A DNA stretch of 64,000 bases from Dehalococcoidia bacterium (lineage in GTDB: Bacteria; Chloroflexota; Dehalococcoidia; Plut-88900): the NCBI GenBank assembly GCA_965249275.1, contig CBDFLQ010000005.1, forward strand, positions 576,001-640,000. Direction: 5' to 3'. The notes under the pieces were generated by a model. The model did no database searches and was not told the origin of the DNA. It was given only the letters and a program-made list of their open reading frames with translations. How positions within the stretch are numbered: the first letter of the stretch is position 1; the number at the start of each line of letters is the position of its first letter. Shown piece after piece: positions 60,408 to 64,000 of the stretch. Made by a program: the position numbers and the translations under genes.

Positions 60408-60516
60408 TTCAACTTGAATAGTAGACGTCTGGACGTCTGTAGTCAAATCTAATGCTACTCGCCCTCTAGAGCGTTCGTATTGACATCCCCTTAATATGAA
60501 TTAACAATTCACTGCC

Positions 60517-61857
60517 GTGAGCATGCGTGACAACCCGTCGACACTTCGACAGAGTGGAAACAAGCGCCCATCCTTTCCCTTGGAAGGGATACGAGTGGTG
60601 GCCATCACGCAAGCGTGGGCCGGGCCCTATGCCGGGACCTTATTGGCCGACTGGGGCGCTGAGGTGATACAGGTAGAAAGCCGGGAGCGTTTCCCCGTTG
60701 GCACTCGAGGGTTGGTTGTAGATGGGAAGGGTGTAGTGCCTGAGAAGGAGCGCATGTGGTCAAGAGGTTACCCAGACTGGGACGGGGGCGAGAGGCCGTG
60801 GAACCGGTACGTGGGATTCAACGCTCTGAATAGGAACAAGTTGGGAATTACCCTCAACGAGTCCCGGGAGGAGGGCCGGGAACTGCTGCTCGATCTCGTG
60901 TCCATTTCGGATGTCGTGCTGGAGAACAACCCACCCTCGATGTTGAATGATTCCTCGCTAGACTATTCCGACCTTCGTAAGATCAAACCCGACCTGATTA
61001 TGGCCAGAATGCCCGGTTATGGACAGACCGGCCCCTACAAGGAGATGAGGGCTTGGGGTTCCCATATCGAGGGATTTATAGGTCATACCTGGGTCCGCAG
61101 CTACGGCGACATCGACCCGTCCCTGAAGGACGACGTGTATCCCTCGGACGCGGTGGCGGGAATCACAACGGCGTTCTCGATACTCGTTGCACTGCGGCAT
61201 CTACAGGCCACAGGCGAGGGCCAGCTTATCGACGCGCCTCTCTCCGAGGGCTTGATACCGTTCCTCGCCGAGGCTTTCGTGGACTACACGATGAACGGGC
61301 GCGTCCAGTCGGCCATTGGGAACGCGGACACGTCCATGGCGCCGCATAACGTGTACCGGTGCTCGGGGGACGACCTGTGGGTCTCGATCAGTGTGGGTAG
61401 CGACGAGGAATGGGAAGGGCTGGTGCGGGCAATGGGGCAGCCAGCGTGGGCGTCGGATCGAAAGTTCTCTCACGTGCTGGGTCGGTGGAGATGCCAGGAG
61501 GAGATCAACGCTCATATTGGTGAGTGGACGGAGGGTCTCACTTCAAGAGAGGTGATGGAGAGGCTTCAGGCGTCAGGTGTACCAGCCGGGATGGTCCACA
61601 ATACCGAACAAGCATACGAGGACCCGCAGCTGGAGACCCTCGACTTCTTCCAGGAGGTCACCCACCCGGAGGCGGGGACTCACCGGTATCCGGGAATCAT
61701 TGGACAAATCTCGGGCTTTCCCAATCGCATCCGGAGACCTGCTCCGTGCCTGGGAGAGCACAACGAATATGTGTACCGGGAGCTTGTGGGCATGTCCGCT
61801 GAACGGTACAGGCAACTGGAAGACCTGGGCCAGATAGGTGATGAATATCTGACCTAG
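60517..61857 (+). CDS. Family III CoA-transferase, subunit with catalytic Asp
   Basis: WAGP...LAD.GAEVI.VE, RPWNR, NRNK, YPSDAVAG, LGEHN; paralog of 51973..53310. Confidence 0.92.
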   Translation: MSMRDNPSTLRQSGNKRPSFPLEGIRVVAITQAWAGPYAGTLLADWGAEVIQVESRERFPVGTRGLVVDGKGVVPEKERMWSRGYPDWDGGERPWNRYVGFNALNRNKLGITLNESREEGRELLLDLVSISDVVLENNPPSMLNDSSLDYSDLRKIKPDLIMARMPGYGQTGPYKEMRAWGSHIEGFIGHTWVRSYGDIDPSLKDDVYPSDAVAGITTAFSILVALRHLQATGEGQLIDAPLSEGLIPFLAEAFVDYTMNGRVQSAIGNADTSMAPHNVYRCSGDDLWVSISVGSDEEWEGLVRAMGQPAWASDRKFSHVLGRWRCQEEINAHIGEWTEGLTSREVMERLQASGVPAGMVHNTEQAYEDPQLETLDFFQEVTHPEAGTHRYPGIIGQISGFPNRIRRPAPCLGEHNEYVYRELVGMSAERYRQLEDLGQIGDEYLT

Positions 61858-61876
61858 GCCGGGTAGCCGGGCCCGC

Positions 61877-63175
61877 TTACTGCAGTCTTCGTATCTTGCC
61901 AACTCCCTGCTCAGCGAAGCGGGTCAGGCGGAAATCGTAGAGAGACAACGAGGGGGTGCCGTCCAGGATAAGCTCTGAGATCAGCTTGCCGGTTATCGGG
62001 CCGAGGGCGAAACCGTGACCGCTAAAGCCGGTGGCCAGAATCAGTCCCTTGACGCCCGGCGCCTCTCCGAGGACGGGCAGGATGTCGGGGGTGATGTCGA
62101 TGAGGCCGGCCCAGGTCTTTACGAATCGCAGGCCGCTCAGGTGGGGCATGTGCTCGAAAAAGGCCTTGCGCATGCGCTTGATAGTGTTCCAGTTCACCTC
62201 GGGCTCCACGCCCACGGTAGTCGAGAAGAACTTCCGGTTCTGCACCGTACCGGGCACATGGCTAAGCACGTCGTTCAGGAGTTGGCTCCCGACGTGGAAG
62301 GCTATCTGCTTTCTGAACTGGCTTAGGCCCGGCAGGAAGTATTTCAAGTCCCTCACCGAGGTGAGATCTAAGTCATGATCGGCCTTGAGGGCGGAGCCAG
62401 CGCCCAGGAGGATGTTGCCGTCGGCGGTGGGGCGGAATGAGACCCTGGGAGACCAGACAAGGGGGGCGCGGTAGTCGGGCATGGGCTCTGTAATGGTGAC
62501 GTGGGTCCGGACTACCCGCACCGGAACCCTCACGTCGCAGGTCCTGGCCAGACGGGGAGCCCAGACGCCGGCGGCGTTGACCACGATGTCGGCCTCTATC
62601 TTCTCGCCGCGTTCGGTTATGACGCCCTTGACCTGCCCGCCGGAAGTCTCGATACGCTCCACCGAGCAGCCGGTACGCACCGTGGCACCGTTCTCCTGGG
62701 CGGCCCTGGCGAAGGCATTGGTGGTCTTGACGGGGTGCGCATAGCCGTCGCTGGGTGAGTACATACCGCCGATGAACTTGCCAGAGAGCCCGGGCAGTAT
62801 CTCCTGGGCCCGCTTGCGGTCCACTATGTCGGATTCCAGGCCATATTCCCTGGTGATTCTGACGGTGTTCTCAAAGTCGGCGAGCTCTTTGGCATTAGAG
62901 GCGAGAAGAATGTTGCCGCCGCGAATGAAATGAGTCTCGGTGCCCAGGTCTTCGCTGAGCTTGTCCCAGAGCTTCAGGCTCTCGATGGCCAGGGGAACCT
63001 CGGGGGCCTGGCGGCCCTGCCGCCGGACGGCGCCCCAAGTCCTGCCGGAGGCCTCGTCGGCGATCTGGCCCTTTTCAAGAAGGATGACGTGGGCGCCACG
63101 CTTGGCGAGGTTGTAGGCGGTAGCGCAGCCGGAGATTCCTCCGCCTACGACTATAACGTCGGTCTTAGTTGCCAT
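61877..63175 (-). CDS. FAD-dependent oxidoreductase (DAO/sarcosine oxidase beta-like)
   Basis: VVGGGISG, ASGR..G, AAGVW, WAG.ID.TPD, GFSGHGF..GP. Confidence 0.9.
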   Translation of the reverse strand: MATKTDVIVVGGGISGCATAYNLAKRGAHVILLEKGQIADEASGRTWGAVRRQGRQAPEVPLAIESLKLWDKLSEDLGTETHFIRGGNILLASNAKELADFENTVRITREYGLESDIVDRKRAQEILPGLSGKFIGGMYSPSDGYAHPVKTTNAFARAAQENGATVRTGCSVERIETSGGQVKGVITERGEKIEADIVVNAAGVWAPRLARTCDVRVPVRVVRTHVTITEPMPDYRAPLVWSPRVSFRPTADGNILLGAGSALKADHDLDLTSVRDLKYFLPGLSQFRKQIAFHVGSQLLNDVLSHVPGTVQNRKFFSTTVGVEPEVNWNTIKRMRKAFFEHMPHLSGLRFVKTWAGLIDITPDILPVLGEAPGVKGLILATGFSGHGFALGPITGKLISELILDGTPSLSLYDFRLTRFAEQGVGKIRRLQ

Positions 63176-63190
63176 TCCTAATACGCTTTC

Positions 63191-64000
63191 TCACTTGGCC
63201 TGGGCGTACCACTGGAGGAGGGGGTGAATTTGGCGTACCAGCTCTTCTCCCTCGGGGCTGATGGCGTTCTTGGCCAGATCTGCAATGGTAACCGCGGCGT
63301 TGGACTGATGAAATACGGAGCGAGCCTTTTCGAGGGTCGGCTCATCGTCAATGTAGACTTCCTTGATGCTGGATTCGGTGTCGGTCCAGACTAGCTTGAC
63401 CGGGTCTATGGGGCCCGAGTACTCAATGCGGTCGCCGCCGATCTCCTCAGGGAACCAGAGTCGGTGGCCGTTGGAGCTGCCCAGTTTGACGACCTGAGGC
63501 TCGATGTCTTTGCTCACCTGCTGCAGACCGTTGAGCCTAGCCAGAGAGGCTGTCAGCCTCATAACCGGGCCGAGACCCTGCTCGTCGCCGGAATTGGAGC
63601 CATCGCTTCCAAGGGCTACGTTCACGCCTTCCCGCAGCATCGTGCCTATGGGGGTGATGCCGTTCTGCAGCTTCATGTTGCTGAGGGGATTGTGGGAGAC
63701 GGAGACCCCGCGGTCGGCGAGGAGTTCGATGTCATCCCGGGACACCTGTACGCAGTGTGCGGCCAGGGTGCGCTCCGTGAGCAGCCCAAACTTGTCCAGT
63801 CTCTGGACGCCGCTCATTCCCCATTGGTGCATGGCGGCCTCGCGCTGGACGGGGGACTCTTCGACGTGAATTTCGAGGGGGATGTCTAGTTTTGCAAGAG
63901 TGTCCCTGGCGGCTTCGAGGAGGGCGTCGGTGCACCAGACGGCGTTGCCGAGGGCTAGGCCAATCTGTACCCGCTTGCCGCTCCAGCCCTTGATCAGTTC
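63191..64000 (-). CDS. Amidohydrolase (MTA/SAH deaminase-like), 5' end outside the window
   Basis: Frame open to the window edge; HVEES, AHCV, HNP.SN.KL..G, ALGSDG. Confidence 0.85.
   Translation of the reverse strand, partial: ELIKGWSGKRVQIGLALGNAVWCTDALLEAARDTLAKLDIPLEIHVEESPVQREAAMHQWGMSGVQRLDKFGLLTERTLAAHCVQVSRDDIELLADRGVSVSHNPLSNMKLQNGITPIGTMLREGVNVALGSDGSNSGDEQGLGPVMRLTASLARLNGLQQVSKDIEPQVVKLGSSNGHRLWFPEEIGGDRIEYSGPIDPVKLVWTDTESSIKEVYIDDEPTLEKARSVFHQSNAAVTIADLAKNAISPEGEELVRQIHPLLQWYAQAK

Larger units (their letters stand above)
58640..60517. mobile_element. Restriction-modification islet bounded by 9-bp direct repeats
   Basis: TCACTGCCG at 58640-58648 and 60509-60517; AT-richer flanks; separates two CoA-transferase subunit genes. 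Confidence 0.55.

Overview
GC-rich bacterial chromosomal window whose gene content points to a Dehalococcoidia/SAR202-like Chloroflexota genome (inference from five amidohydrolases, three luciferase-like monooxygenases, four family III CoA-transferases, a Rieske oxygenase and lipoproteins with Pro/Thr-rich linkers). It holds housekeeping genes (ilvE, hisF, hisIE, lysC, thrB, tsaD, mgtE, mug, thpR, IDH-like, cysteine synthase), three tRNAs (Arg-CCT, Asp-GTC, Pro-CGG) and many catabolic paralogs. Accessory islets are an intact IS5 splitting a nitroreductase, a DUF2283-HTH toxin-antitoxin candidate with a palindromic operator, two orphan HigA antitoxins, and a restriction-modification islet with 9-bp direct repeats that splits a CoA-transferase pair. 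The best candidate for an undescribed system is the 50-64 kb cluster: two tandem glycine/betaine-reductase GrdE-like proteins that lack the canonical cleavage Cys and any Grd partner in the window, flanked by two apparently heterodimeric CoA-transferase pairs. Other candidates are a structured RNA beside an XRE-DUF2851 operon and a terminator-containing mgtE leader matching no riboswitch I recognise. All calls come from reading motifs; no database searches were run.
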